Assembly (NCBI GenBank): GCA_025351925.1
Contig: JANXVC010000105.1
Span: forward strand, 1-63,493
DNA from: Rhodospirillales bacterium
Lineage (GTDB): Bacteria; Pseudomonadota; Alphaproteobacteria; Acetobacterales; Acetobacteraceae
DNA length: 63,493 bases
Reading direction: 5' to 3'
In this document: positions 39,230 to 49,209 of the stretch, piece after piece
How positions within the stretch are numbered: position 1 is the first letter of the stretch
Layout of the letters: the number at the start of each line of letters is the position of its first letter
Made by a program: the position numbers and the translations under genes
The notes under the pieces: generated by a model
Seen by the model: only the letters and a program-made list of their open reading frames with translations
What the model was told of the DNA's origin: nothing
Databases searched by the model: none

Positions 39230-39829
39230 TCAGAGAACTTCGGATGCGGCCGAGGCTGGTGCGATGACTTGTGCCGCTGCGGCGAGGGCCAGCCCGTCAT
39301 ACAGCTCCGCCATCGGGATCTCGACACCGATCTCCGGCATGGCCAGCGTGCCATCCGACCCGGCGAGGGCGTGGTTCCACCCAGTCTCCGTCCGGGTGAT
39401 CACCGTGGCGAAAACCCGGTCCTGTTCGAGCATGACGTAGCGCCGGACCGAGGGCAGCGACTGGTATTCGGCAAGCTTAACGGTCCGGTCGTCGCTGGCG
39501 GTGCTGGCCGACAGCACCTCGAAGATCACGACGGGCTCGGCGACGATCGTCTCGCTGTCCGGAAACGCCGTGCAACTCACCGAAGCATCAGGGTAGCGGT
39601 AGCGGGGGCCAGTCTGGATCTTGAGGTCGCTTCCGTAAGCCTGGCAGGGCTTGCCGCGGAGGCGATTGGTTAGCGCCGTGAGCAGGTTTGCCTGCACCAC
39701 CGCGTGGGCCCTGGTGCCACCGGTCATAGCGACCGGCTGGAAGCCGTCGAACTCCCATTTCAGCTCCTGGTCAGCTTCCCAGGCCAGGAACTCGTCCGGG
39801 GTCATCGGCTTGAATTGGGTCTGGCTCAT
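39230..39829 (-). CDS. Uma2-family putative endonuclease
   Basis: EFDGFQPVAMTGGTRAH, YRYPDASV, IFEVLSAST, KLAEYQSLPS. Confidence 0.9.
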   Translation of the reverse strand: MSQTQFKPMTPDEFLAWEADQELKWEFDGFQPVAMTGGTRAHAVVQANLLTALTNRLRGKPCQAYGSDLKIQTGPRYRYPDASVSCTAFPDSETIVAEPVVIFEVLSASTASDDRTVKLAEYQSLPSVRRYVMLEQDRVFATVITRTETGWNHALAGSDGTLAMPEIGVEIPMAELYDGLALAAAAQVIAPASAASEVL

Positions 39830-39977
39830 GCTTCCATATTTCCATTCTGGCGAGCCATGCTACGCAAGCAGGCCATATGTCCCTGCTTCGGTCGTCAAGG
39901 CACATAGTTTCATCTCCGGCTCCGCATCCAACAGTATTGCTTACCGCGTGCTACGCTGCCCCATCCGCGCGATTAAC

Positions 39978-41879
39978 CTAGAACCGGTCGCTGGCTGCGG
40001 CAGCCGCCACATAGCGCGCCGCGTCTTCCGCAAGCAGCAACCGTGCCGCAACCAATGCGTCCGCGGCTGCTTTCACCTTCGCCACATATGCCTGCCGCGT
40101 GCCATAGCGCTCCTCCAACGACAAGCGCGGATCACCGGTGCGTTCGCGGTCAGCCCGAGTGCGGGCAAAGGGGATGAACATGCCGTCGCGGTCGCACAGC
40201 TCAGTCGGCAAATCCTTATAGACGTTGGTGCCGGAGTAGGTGCCGAGCGGAACCGCGAGATGCGGCAGGCGCAGGCCGGCGACCTCGTTGCCGTCGGCAT
40301 CGACGGCGGAAACCATGGTCGGGAGTGGCCGCACCGGGGCGGAGGGCGGGTTGGTCCAATCGACTGGCTGGCCGATCGGATTATCGCCGGGTGCCCAGGT
40401 CACTCCAGGGACGGCGGGCATGCGGATCGCCGCCGCCGGCACGCCGGTCTCATCGCCGCGGTGCGGTACCAGGCTGTCGGGCGGCGGCGTCCCGGCGCCG
40501 ACCCAGGCGTCAAGGTTGGCCAGCATGGCCCGCAACGCCGGCCCAGCGCTGTTGGGATTGCGCGGGTTGGCGCAGGTGCCCGGCGCGCTCGTCACACCGG
40601 AGTGCCCGCCATGCTGCGTTCCCGCCACCAGCATCATCCGCACGCCGGGCGGCAGGGCGACATCTGCGCCCGTCGCGTCCGTGTGCACGAGCGACGCGCC
40701 TTTTTGCCAGTATTCTGTCGAGGTGTTGCTCTCGATCACCAACGGATCGCCGCCGTCGCCGCGCAGCAGGCTGGGTCCGGGTCCGTAGCCGAACGGCGGC
40801 CAGATCTCGGGATAGAACCGGTCCTCGTGCTGGGTCGCGGTGCGGAACGGCATGGCGAAGGGCTCGTTGGCGAACACCTTGCCGGCGCCGGAGATGTGCG
40901 GCAGCACGCCGTCGAACACCCGTTGCCCGGCCTCGTCCCGGTTCATGCCGAGTTCGAGGAAGTGCCGCAGAAACCGCCCGCTGAGCGAGATGCCGACCGC
41001 CAAGGTGCGCCGTATGCCCGGCTCGGTCCGCAGATGGCTGACCAGGTCGCGCGTGGCGGCGAAGCCGATGCCGTCCACCGTGGGCCGCGTTGCCAAGTAG
41101 GTCAGGTCGTAGATGCGGCGCGGCGTCGGTGTGGTGCCGAACGGCAGCAGCTGGATGGTGCTGCTGTCCATCCAGGCAAAGTCGTCCGGGGTCAGCGGCG
41201 TCGGCACGTCGGCGCTGCGGCTGCGGACGGTAAGACGCGCGCCTTCCATGTTGGCGACAGGATAGGGCAATCGGATGCGCGGCATCGCCTCGGCGCCTCG
41301 GGTGCCGGCGATGAACTCGTGCCGGATGCGCCTAACCACGCCCAGGCCGTCCCGCGTCACGACCGGAACCCGGATTGCCATGCCGTTATTGACGGTGGGC
41401 GCCTCGGGCTGCCAGCCGGACCAGACCATCGTGTCACCGCGGCGGAAGGTGAAGGCGTTGCCGGCGTCGGCCAGGCTGCGCGGGTCGTTGACGCTGCCAT
41501 TCGACGGCTCCGGGGCGTCGTTGAGCCAGGACATCAGCAGCTTGTTGCCGCGATTGGTGACGTCATACAGCAATACGCCGCTGCCGCGGGCGGGGTCGGC
41601 CGGGCGCAGGATGAACACGTCGGTGTCGTACTCGACCAGGCCGCGCGCATTGCGCGGCGCCTGGTCCAGCATGGCGATGCCGGCATTGGCCGGGTCCTGG
41701 GGATCGAGCTCGCCACGGGCGACGGCCTGGATGCGGACATACGGCCCGGCGCTGCCAAAGCTGGTGCCGTCGGCAAAGGGCTCCTGCGACTGGATGTTGA
41801 GCTGCGTCAGCCGTGCCGCAGCGGGGCCTGCCAGCAACAGCATGCACAAACCGAACCCAGCCGCGATCGAGTGCCGCAT
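39978..41879 (-). CDS. Secreted alpha/beta-hydrolase-domain protein (Abhydrolase_10-like)
   Basis: Signal peptide, YDVTNRG, GISLSGRFLR, EYWQKGASL, AGTQH, DADGNEVAG.R.P, DPRLSLEERY. Confidence 0.82.
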   Translation of the reverse strand: MRHSIAAGFGLCMLLLAGPAAARLTQLNIQSQEPFADGTSFGSAGPYVRIQAVARGELDPQDPANAGIAMLDQAPRNARGLVEYDTDVFILRPADPARGSGVLLYDVTNRGNKLLMSWLNDAPEPSNGSVNDPRSLADAGNAFTFRRGDTMVWSGWQPEAPTVNNGMAIRVPVVTRDGLGVVRRIRHEFIAGTRGAEAMPRIRLPYPVANMEGARLTVRSRSADVPTPLTPDDFAWMDSSTIQLLPFGTTPTPRRIYDLTYLATRPTVDGIGFAATRDLVSHLRTEPGIRRTLAVGISLSGRFLRHFLELGMNRDEAGQRVFDGVLPHISGAGKVFANEPFAMPFRTATQHEDRFYPEIWPPFGYGPGPSLLRGDGGDPLVIESNTSTEYWQKGASLVHTDATGADVALPPGVRMMLVAGTQHGGHSGVTSAPGTCANPRNPNSAGPALRAMLANLDAWVGAGTPPPDSLVPHRGDETGVPAAAIRMPAVPGVTWAPGDNPIGQPVDWTNPPSAPVRPLPTMVSAVDADGNEVAGLRLPHLAVPLGTYSGTNVYKDLPTELCDRDGMFIPFARTRADRERTGDPRLSLEERYGTRQAYVAKVKAAADALVAARLLLAEDAARYVAAAAASDRF

Positions 41880-41955
41880 GATATCTCCCCAATCCGGATT
41901 TGCACCCGGCTGCTACGTAGGCTGGGCTGGAGGAACGAGGCTTGTCAACGCGGCG

Positions 41956-41995
41956 GAACGCGGTCGGGACCACGGCAGAACGCGGTCGGGACCAC
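41956..41995. repeat. 18-bp direct repeat, period 22 bp, in a divergent intergenic region
   Basis: GAACGCGGTCGGGACCAC at 41956-41973 and 41978-41995; partial AACGCGG at 41947. Confidence 0.9.
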
Positions 41996-42055
41996 CCCTA
42001 TTTTCAGCTCTGGAACGGACTATATTCAGTATCGCCAACTGGAGATCCCATCAAG

Positions 42056-42994
42056 ATGCGTCGCTCCTCCTCCTTCATTGCTGCCGTCGCGGTCGCTGCC
42101 CTGGCGCTCACGCCCTCGTTCGCCGATGCGCGGGCCGGTGGCGGAAGCTCGTTTGGCAGCCGCGGCGGCCGCACGTTCTCGGCGCCGCCCTCGACCAACA
42201 CGGCGCCGTCCATGGCAGCGCCGATGGACCGTACCATGACCGCCCGTCCGGCCCCGTCCTCGCCGGGCTTTGGCGCTCCGACGGCTCCGGCATTCGGCGG
42301 ACGCTCCGCGTTCGGGTCCGGCCTGCTCGGCGGCCTGTTGGGAGTCGGCCTCGGCAGCATGCTGTTCGGTGGCGGCATGTTCGGCGGCGGTGGCGGCCTG
42401 GGCGGCTTGGGCTTCCTCGGCCTGCTGCTGCAGGCAGTGCTGCTGTTCTTCGCAGTGCGCTGGCTGTTCCGTAAGTTCGTGAATCGCCAGCCTGCAATGG
42501 CTGGCGGCCCAAGCCTCACACGCATTCAGCAGCCGATGAGTGTGCCAACGGGGAACACGGCAATGGGTGGCGGTCGTCCCGCGGCTCCGTCCGTGCAGAT
42601 CGGCAAGCCCGACTATGAGGCGTTTGACCGTACGTTGCAGGGTATCCAGGCTGCCTGGTCGAACCAGGACATGAATGCCCTGCGTGCGCTCTCGACACCC
42701 GAAATGGTCAGCTATTTCGGCGAGCAACTGACCGAGCAGGCAAGCCGCGGCGTGCGGAACACCGTGACCCACGTGAAGCTGGAGCAGGGTGACCTGTCAG
42801 AAGCATGGTCTGAGGGCAGCCGCGAATATGCGACAGTCGCGATGCGGTTCTCGGCGCTGGATGTGACCCGCGACTCGGCCGGACGCGTGGTGGATGGCGA
42901 CATTGCGCTGCGCACCATGGCGACGGAGCTTTGGACCTTCGTTCGCACTTCGGGCGGCCAGTGGCTGCTGTCAGGTATTCAGCAGGCACGATAA
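42056..42994 (+). CDS. Tim44-domain membrane protein
   Basis: ARAGGGSSFGSRG.RT, Gly-rich TM region, IQAAW, EQGDLSEAW.E, TELWTFVR, WLLSGIQQ. Confidence 0.9.
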   Translation: MRRSSSFIAAVAVAALALTPSFADARAGGGSSFGSRGGRTFSAPPSTNTAPSMAAPMDRTMTARPAPSSPGFGAPTAPAFGGRSAFGSGLLGGLLGVGLGSMLFGGGMFGGGGGLGGLGFLGLLLQAVLLFFAVRWLFRKFVNRQPAMAGGPSLTRIQQPMSVPTGNTAMGGGRPAAPSVQIGKPDYEAFDRTLQGIQAAWSNQDMNALRALSTPEMVSYFGEQLTEQASRGVRNTVTHVKLEQGDLSEAWSEGSREYATVAMRFSALDVTRDSAGRVVDGDIALRTMATELWTFVRTSGGQWLLSGIQQAR

Positions 42995-43018
42995 GTTCAG
43001 AAATAAGCCTGTGATATC

Positions 43019-43056
43019 AAAGGCCGCCGGAGAAACTCGGCGGCCTTTCGCGTTTT
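43019..43056 (+). terminator. Rho-independent terminator after the tim44-like gene
   Basis: AAAGGCCGCCG-loop-CGGCGGCCTTT followed by CGCGTTTT. Confidence 0.8.
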
Positions 43057-43181
43057 CAGGTGTCATCGATCGGTCTCATCACGCTGCATCATCGAAACTT
43101 CACGTGCAAATGCGTGTTCTCAAAGCCATAGGCCGCTGCGAAGGCTGAGCTGTCCTGACGAAGCGAGGTTCGATCGGTCGC

Positions 43182-44015
43182 ATGAACGCAACCCTCCTTA
43201 CGCCCAATACTCACCAATACCGCGCCGTTTTTATCTCGGATACTCATTTAGGGACCCGGGGCTGCCGCAGTGATTTCCTTGCTGACTTCTTGGGCCAGAT
43301 ATCGTGCGAGCATCTGTTTCTGGTCGGTGACATCGTCGATGGCTGGCGACTGCGTAAATCCTGGTATTGGGACGCTAACCACGACAAGGTCATTCGCCTG
43401 ATCCTGCGTCATGCGCGCAACGGTGCTGCCGTGACCTACATTCCCGGCAACCACGACGAGATGTTCCGCGCCTGGCTGCCCACCGCAATCGACCCGCACA
43501 CCTTGGAGGTCACAGGCATCGCGCTGCGCAATGAGGCGACGCATGTGACGGCGGACGGCAAGAAGCTGCTGGTGATCCACGGTGACGAGTTCGATAGCAT
43601 GGTGCGTTACGCCCGCTTCCTGGCGATCTTGGGCGACGGTGCCTACGTCACCTCGCTGGTCGTCAACCGGTGGTTCAACTTGCTGCGCCGGCGGATGGGT
43701 TATCCCTACTGGTCGCTGTCGCAGTGGCTGAAGCGTCAGGTGAAAGGCGCCGTGAAGGCTATCGACCTGTTTGAAACGGCCCTCGCAGCCGAAGCTGGCC
43801 GCCGTGGGTTCGACGGCGTCGTGTGTGGGCACATCCATCACGCGGAGATGCGTAAGGTGAACGGCATCTTATACCTGAATGACGGAGACTGGGTGGAGAG
43901 CTGCACGGCGCTGGTCGAGCACCATGACGGCCGGCTGGAACTGCTGGATTGGGCAGTCGTCAACAAGCTGTCGTTCTTCACCCCGCGTGAGACCGTGACG
44001 GCGGAGGCTGCCTGA
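43182..44015 (+). CDS. LpxH-family metallophosphoesterase (PlcP-like phospholipase C)
   Basis: ISDTHLG, LVGDIVDGW, PGNHD, HGDEFD, CGHIH, NDGDWVESCTA. Confidence 0.88.
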   Translation: MNATLLTPNTHQYRAVFISDTHLGTRGCRSDFLADFLGQISCEHLFLVGDIVDGWRLRKSWYWDANHDKVIRLILRHARNGAAVTYIPGNHDEMFRAWLPTAIDPHTLEVTGIALRNEATHVTADGKKLLVIHGDEFDSMVRYARFLAILGDGAYVTSLVVNRWFNLLRRRMGYPYWSLSQWLKRQVKGAVKAIDLFETALAAEAGRRGFDGVVCGHIHHAEMRKVNGILYLNDGDWVESCTALVEHHDGRLELLDWAVVNKLSFFTPRETVTAEAA

Positions 44016-44074
44016 CCAGTTCTGCCCAACTCGATCCGGCCTGCCTCTTTCCGCCGCGTCGCGCGGAGGCCGCT

Positions 44075-45100
44075 ATGTGCATCTTGATCGTGTCGGACGC
44101 CTGGCACCCGCAGGTCAATGGCGTCGTCCGCACCCTGTCGATGGTGGCGGAGGAACTGAACAGCCTGGGCCACTCTGTCGAGGTAATTGGGCCCGACCGG
44201 TTCCGCACTTTTGCCCTGCCGACTTATGCCAGCATCCGCGTGGCCGTGCTGCCCGGCCGCCGCCTGACTGCGATGATCGAAGCCTTCCGGCCGGATGCGC
44301 TGCATATCGCGACCGAGGGACCGTTGGGCCTTGCCGCGCGGCGCTGGGCGCTGCGGCGCGGCATGGCCTTCACGACGTCGTTCCACACGCGGTTTCCGGA
44401 GTACCTGCACGCGCGGACGCGGCTGCCGCCGGCATGGGCCTATGCCTGGCTGCGCTGGTTCCATAACGCCGGATCGGCCATGATGGTCGCGACCGGCAGC
44501 CTGCGGCGTGAGCTGACCGCCCGCGGATTCCGCAATGTGCGCGATTGGACCCGCGGCGTGGACCTGGCGCGGTTCAGGCCCAGCGAGCCCAATGGCATGC
44601 ACGGCGATCAGGCCTATCCGCGCCCGGTATTCCTGTACGTCGGCCGGGTCGCGGTGGAGAAGAACCTGGGAGCTTTCTTGTCGCTCGATCTTCCCGGCAC
44701 GAAGCTTATTGTGGGGGACGGGCCACAGCGGCACATGCTGGCGCGGAGCTATCCCGGGGTGCACTTCGTGGGCGAGCGGCATGGCGCGGCATTGGCGCGG
44801 AGCTATGCCGAGGCGGACGTGTTCGTATTCCCGTCGCTGACCGACACGTTCGGGCTGGTATTGCTGGAGAGCCTCGCCTCAGGCACCCCGATCGCGGCGC
44901 ATCCAGTGACCGGGCCAGCCGATGTCCTCGAAAATGCGCCGGCGGGCGTGGGCGCACTGGATCATGACCTGCGGGCGGCTGCGTTGCGCGCCCTGAACGG
45001 CAACCGGGCGGCTTGCCGCGCCCATGCCGAACGCTTCTCCTGGCGAGCCTGCGCCGACGCATTCCTGGCCAACCTCGTGATCGTCGGCCCCGGCTCCTAA
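44075..45100 (+). CDS. GT4 glycosyltransferase (Agt-like glycolipid synthase)
   Basis: SDAWHPQVNGVV, HIATEGPLG, HTRFPEY, FPSLTDTFGLVLLE. Confidence 0.88.
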   Translation: MCILIVSDAWHPQVNGVVRTLSMVAEELNSLGHSVEVIGPDRFRTFALPTYASIRVAVLPGRRLTAMIEAFRPDALHIATEGPLGLAARRWALRRGMAFTTSFHTRFPEYLHARTRLPPAWAYAWLRWFHNAGSAMMVATGSLRRELTARGFRNVRDWTRGVDLARFRPSEPNGMHGDQAYPRPVFLYVGRVAVEKNLGAFLSLDLPGTKLIVGDGPQRHMLARSYPGVHFVGERHGAALARSYAEADVFVFPSLTDTFGLVLLESLASGTPIAAHPVTGPADVLENAPAGVGALDHDLRAAALRALNGNRAACRAHAERFSWRACADAFLANLVIVGPGS

Positions 45101-45137
45101 GGTCTCGGCTTCAAAGGTTTGCGGCGCTGCGAGCCGC

Positions 45138-45872
45138 ATGCTACCGCCGCGCCATGCCGTCTCGCCAAATTCATTGATCAAAAACATCCTCCGCCATCCC
45201 CGCACCCTGGCGCTGGGCGCCCAGGCGCTCAGCTCATACCTGCGCTTTGCGCTCCGCACGACACGGTGGACGCTGCAGGGGGTGGAGCTGGGGCACTTCA
45301 TGCACGGCACGCCCGCGGTGTTCGCCTTCTGGCATGAATGCCTGCCGCTGATGCCGGCCCTGTGGACCCGGGCATTGCGGGAACGCGCGGCGGCGCATGG
45401 ACGGCGCGGACGGATGCATGTCCTGGTCAGCCGCCACCAGGACGGCCGGCTGATTGGCGACATGATGCGCGGTTTCGGCCTGGATTTAGTGCATGGGTCG
45501 TCGTCCAAGGGATCGGCGCAAAAGGGCGGCGCCTCCGGGCTGCGCGCCCTGCTGGCGGTGTTGGCCGCCGGTGATCAGGTGGTGATCACCCCCGATGGCC
45601 CGCGCGGTCCCCGGCGGCAGATCGCCCGCGGCGTAGCGCAGCTGGCGGCGCTGGCCGGGGTGCCGGTGCTGCCCTGCGCCGCGTGGTCCACCCGCCGTCG
45701 GATATTGCCGACCTGGGACCGCATGATCCTGCCGCTGCCGTTCGGCCGCGGCGTGCTGGTCTGCGGGGCACCGATCCCTGTGCCGCGCGACCGCTGGGCC
45801 GACAGCCTGCCCGAAATCGCCGCTGCCCTGTCCAAGGCGGCGGACGAGGCGGAGGCGCTGTGCGCGGCATAG
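45138..45872 (+). CDS. DUF374 lysophospholipid acyltransferase-family protein
   Basis: FWH, SRHQDG, HGSS, ITPDGPRGP, TWDRM.LPLPF. Confidence 0.85.
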   Translation: MLPPRHAVSPNSLIKNILRHPRTLALGAQALSSYLRFALRTTRWTLQGVELGHFMHGTPAVFAFWHECLPLMPALWTRALRERAAAHGRRGRMHVLVSRHQDGRLIGDMMRGFGLDLVHGSSSKGSAQKGGASGLRALLAVLAAGDQVVITPDGPRGPRRQIARGVAQLAALAGVPVLPCAAWSTRRRILPTWDRMILPLPFGRGVLVCGAPIPVPRDRWADSLPEIAAALSKAADEAEALCAA

Positions 45873-47122
45873 TCGCGGGGCTTTGGCACAGCGGCACGAC
45901 CCTGGCAGCGCCCGGCCTGCGTGCAATGCTGCGGCGGCGTGTGAACCGCGGCAAAGAAATTCTGTCCCGCCTGCCGGAGCGCGAGGGATTCGACCTGATG
46001 CCCCGGCCCGCTGGACAGCTGATCTGGCTGCATGCCGCCAGCGTGGGGGAGAGTCAATCGATCCTGCCGGTGCTGTCCGCTTTGCGCTGCCAGGCGCCGG
46101 ATGCGTCGATCCTGGTCACCACCGGCACCGTCACCTCCGCCGCCCTGCTGGCCGAGCGTTTGCCCACACTTGATCTGCATAACGTGCTGCACCGCTTCGT
46201 GCCGCTCGACGTGCCTGCCTGGGTGGCGCGGTTCCTTGACCATTGGCGGCCGGACGTGGCGGGATTTGTGGAGAGTGAGCTCTGGCCCAACCTGATCGGC
46301 GGCTGCCAGGCGCGAGGGATCCCGATGATGCTGGTGAACGCCCGCATGTCGGCCCGCAGCCTGCGTGGATGGCAACGCGCGCCAGGCTTTGCGCGCCAGA
46401 CGCTGGAGGCGTTTGACCGGGTTCAGGCACAGTCGGAGACCGACGCCGCGCATCTGCGCCTGCTGGGCGCCCGCAATGTGGACGCGCCGGGGAACCTGAA
46501 ACTGGCCGCCGCGCCACTCCCCGTCGATCCCATCGAGCTCGCCCGGTTGCGCGCCTTGATCGGCGCCCGCCCGGTTTGGCTGGCGTCAAGCACGCATCCC
46601 GGCGAGGAGGACGTGGCGGCCCGGGTGCATCGCGACCTCGCGGCGGCGCATCCGGGCCTGCTGACCATTGTGGCGCCACGCCATCCGGAGCGAGGTGCCG
46701 CGGTGGCGGCAGCGCTTGGCGCACCGCGTCGGGCGGCCAGACAGGACCCTGGGCTGGGGATTTGGGTCGCCGACACGCTGGGCGAGCTCGGGTTGCTGTA
46801 TCGCTTGGCGCCGCTGGCCTTCGTCGGCCGCAGCTTGGTGGGGCAGGGCGGGCAGAACCCGCTGGAGCCGGCGCGCCTGGGCTGCGCCATCGCGGTCGGG
46901 CCGCATACCGCGAACTTTGCCGAGGCTGTATGGGCGCTGGAGACGGCCGGCGCGCTTACCCGGGTTGCCGACGCAGCCGAGCTCGCAAGCTGGGTGGACG
47001 GCATGCTGCGCGATCCCGATAAGCGGCGCATCGCGGGTGCGGCTGCCTGTGCGGCGGCCAAGGGTGCGGCCGGCCTGCCCGAACGGACCGCGGCGGCGCT
47101 GCTGTCCCTGGTTCGGCACTGA
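45860..47122 (+). CDS. waaA: Kdo transferase
   Basis: WLHAASVGE, ESELWPN, VNARMS, ASSTHPGE, PRHPER, GGQNPLEPA. Confidence 0.93.
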   Translation: MRGIVAGLWHSGTTLAAPGLRAMLRRRVNRGKEILSRLPEREGFDLMPRPAGQLIWLHAASVGESQSILPVLSALRCQAPDASILVTTGTVTSAALLAERLPTLDLHNVLHRFVPLDVPAWVARFLDHWRPDVAGFVESELWPNLIGGCQARGIPMMLVNARMSARSLRGWQRAPGFARQTLEAFDRVQAQSETDAAHLRLLGARNVDAPGNLKLAAAPLPVDPIELARLRALIGARPVWLASSTHPGEEDVAARVHRDLAAAHPGLLTIVAPRHPERGAAVAAALGAPRRAARQDPGLGIWVADTLGELGLLYRLAPLAFVGRSLVGQGGQNPLEPARLGCAIAVGPHTANFAEAVWALETAGALTRVADAAELASWVDGMLRDPDKRRIAGAAACAAAKGAAGLPERTAAALLSLVRH

Positions 47123-48078
47123 TGCGGCCGCCGGAGTTCTGGCAACAGGACGGCGTGCTGCCGCGGCTGCTTGCCCCAGCGGGCGCGGTGGTCGCCGCTT
47201 TAACCGCAAGGCGCGTGGCCCGGCCGGGTTGGCGCGCGCCGGTGCCGGTGCTGTGCTGCGGCAATGCCGGCGTGGGCGGGGCGGGCAAGACCACCCTGGC
47301 GCTAAATCTGGCACAACGGCTGGTGGCGCGCGGCGTCGCGGTGCATTGCCTGACCCGCGGCTACGGTGGCCGGTCGCGCGGCGTCTTGCGGGTCGATCCC
47401 GCTTTGCATGATGCCGGTCTGGTCGGCGACGAGCCGCTGCTGCTCGCCGCGGTCGCACCCACTTGGGTTGCCGCCGATCGTGCCGCCGGCGCCCGGGCAG
47501 CGGTCGCGGCCGGAGCGCAGGCGCTGCTGATGGATGATGGGCTGCAGAACCCAACACTCGTTAAGGACGCGGCACTGCTGGTGGTGGACGGCGCAGTCGG
47601 GTTCGGCAATGGCCGCGTCATGCCGGCCGGACCGCTGCGGGAACCGGTGAGCGCTGCGGCGGCGCGATGCCGCATTGCTGTGCTGATCGGATCGGATACG
47701 GTCAGCGCGTGCGCTGCCCTGCCGCCGAGCCTGCCGGTGCTGCAGGCGACGCTGGAGCCCGAAATGGCGTTGCCGGGCTTGCGGGTGCTGGCGTTCTCCG
47801 GCATCGCCCGCCCCGCCAAGTTCCACGCGACGCTGCGTCAGGCCGGCGCCATCGTGACCGAGTGCATGGATTTTGCGGATCATCACCGTTTCACCGACGC
47901 CGAGCTGGACCGGATGCTCGCGCGCGCGAAGGCGCTCGATGCCATGCCAGTCACCACGCCCAAGGACGCGGTGCGCCTGCCCGCGGCGATCCGCTGCCAG
48001 GTCCAGGTGGTCGGCGTGACGCTGCGATGGGCCGACCCGGCAGCGCTTGACCGCCTGCTGGCCGATACCGTGCCATGA
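47122..48078 (+). CDS. lpxK: Tetraacyldisaccharide 4'-kinase
   Basis: GN..VGGAGKT, TRGYGG, GDEPLL, MDDGLQN, PAGPLRE, FADHH. Confidence 0.95.
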   Translation: MRPPEFWQQDGVLPRLLAPAGAVVAALTARRVARPGWRAPVPVLCCGNAGVGGAGKTTLALNLAQRLVARGVAVHCLTRGYGGRSRGVLRVDPALHDAGLVGDEPLLLAAVAPTWVAADRAAGARAAVAAGAQALLMDDGLQNPTLVKDAALLVVDGAVGFGNGRVMPAGPLREPVSAAAARCRIAVLIGSDTVSACAALPPSLPVLQATLEPEMALPGLRVLAFSGIARPAKFHATLRQAGAIVTECMDFADHHRFTDAELDRMLARAKALDAMPVTTPKDAVRLPAAIRCQVQVVGVTLRWADPAALDRLLADTVP

Positions 48079-48962
48079 ACCTCGCGCATCGGGCCGAGGC
48101 GCTGCTGGCGCACGCCGCTTTGCGCCTGTTGCGCGCGCTGGGGCCGGTCGCGTCCAGCAACTTTTTTGGAGGTCTGGCCCGCGGCGTCGGGCCACTGCTG
48201 CCGGTCTCGCGCATCGCCGACGCCAATCTGCGTGCGGCGATGCCGGAGCTGGACGCGACCGCGCGTCGGCGGGTCATCCGCGGTGTCTGGGACAATCTGG
48301 GGCGCACGGCCGGCGAACTGCCGCACATCGCCGGCTTGCGTGAGACCGCAAGCGGCCCTGGCTGGGACCTCGTCGGCAGCGACACAATGCACTGGTTGGC
48401 GGCAAAGAAGGGTCCGGCGATCTTCTTCAGCGGCCATATCGGCAACTGGGAGGTGCTGCCGGTCGCAGCGGCGGCGCATGGCGTGCCGGTCTCGATGTTC
48501 TATCGCCCGGCGGAGAACAAGCAGATCGATGCCTTGATCTTGGACCTACGGCGGCAGGCGGCCCATCCGGACGTGCGCATGTTCCCCAAAGGCGCGGCCG
48601 GCGCCCGCCAGTCCCTCATGCACCTATCACGCGGCGGCCGACTGGCAATGCTGATGGATCAGAAAATGAATGACGGGATCGAGGCCCGGTTTTTCGGTCG
48701 TCCAGCCATGACCGCTCCCGCCTTGGCGGCGCTGGCGCTGCGCCTGCGCTGTCCGGTCATTCCAGGCTACGTCGAGCGGACAGGGCCTGCCCGGTTCCGG
48801 GTCACCTGCGAGCCGCCGCTTGCGCTGCCAGATACCGGCGACCGCTCGGCCGATGTTGCGGCGCTGACGCAGATGGTGAACGACACATTGGAGCGCTGGA
48901 TCAGGGCCAAGCCGGAGAGCTGGCTATGGCTGCACCGGCGCTGGCCGAAGGCTAGTACTTAG
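48075..48962 (+). CDS. lpxL: Lipid A lauroyl/late acyltransferase (LpxL/HtrB family)
   Basis: GHIGNWE, MLMDQK, FFG, PESWLWLHRRW. Confidence 0.85.
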   Translation: MNLAHRAEALLAHAALRLLRALGPVASSNFFGGLARGVGPLLPVSRIADANLRAAMPELDATARRRVIRGVWDNLGRTAGELPHIAGLRETASGPGWDLVGSDTMHWLAAKKGPAIFFSGHIGNWEVLPVAAAAHGVPVSMFYRPAENKQIDALILDLRRQAAHPDVRMFPKGAAGARQSLMHLSRGGRLAMLMDQKMNDGIEARFFGRPAMTAPALAALALRLRCPVIPGYVERTGPARFRVTCEPPLALPDTGDRSADVAALTQMVNDTLERWIRAKPESWLWLHRRWPKAST

Positions 48963-49209
48963 CCTTGACCGGGATCTTCACGATCTCCGGCAAAGGCGAG
49001 CGCTCCAGCGACTTGATCGCCGGGCGCGGCTTGCCAGACGCGGCGCCGATCGTGGCGTCCTGTTGCTCGATGATGCCCTGTGCTGGCATGTCGCCATCCA
49101 GGCCGACCAGCGCCGTGCTCGGCACGCGCCGGTTGCTGCTGCGGGTTCCGTCAATATAGGTCACGTCAAAAGCGACGAAGCTGCTTTCGATCTTCTTCTT
49201 AGGCGGCAT
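48952..49209 (-). CDS. Small hypothetical protein (85 aa) of the cspA locus
   Basis: MPPKKKIESSFVAFDVTYIDGTRSSNRRVP...; overlaps the upstream ORF stop, GGGGA RBS. Confidence 0.7.
   Translation of the reverse strand: MPPKKKIESSFVAFDVTYIDGTRSSNRRVPSTALVGLDGDMPAQGIIEQQDATIGAASGKPRPAIKSLERSPLPEIVKIPVKAKY

Noticed and set aside
41947-41995. CRISPR array
   Set aside because: Only two 18-bp units with a 4-bp gap; no cas genes.
39651-42239. 862-aa plus-strand ORF
   Set aside because: Antisense shadow of the hydrolase gene; Arg/Gly/Ala-rich with no motifs, as expected in high-GC DNA.
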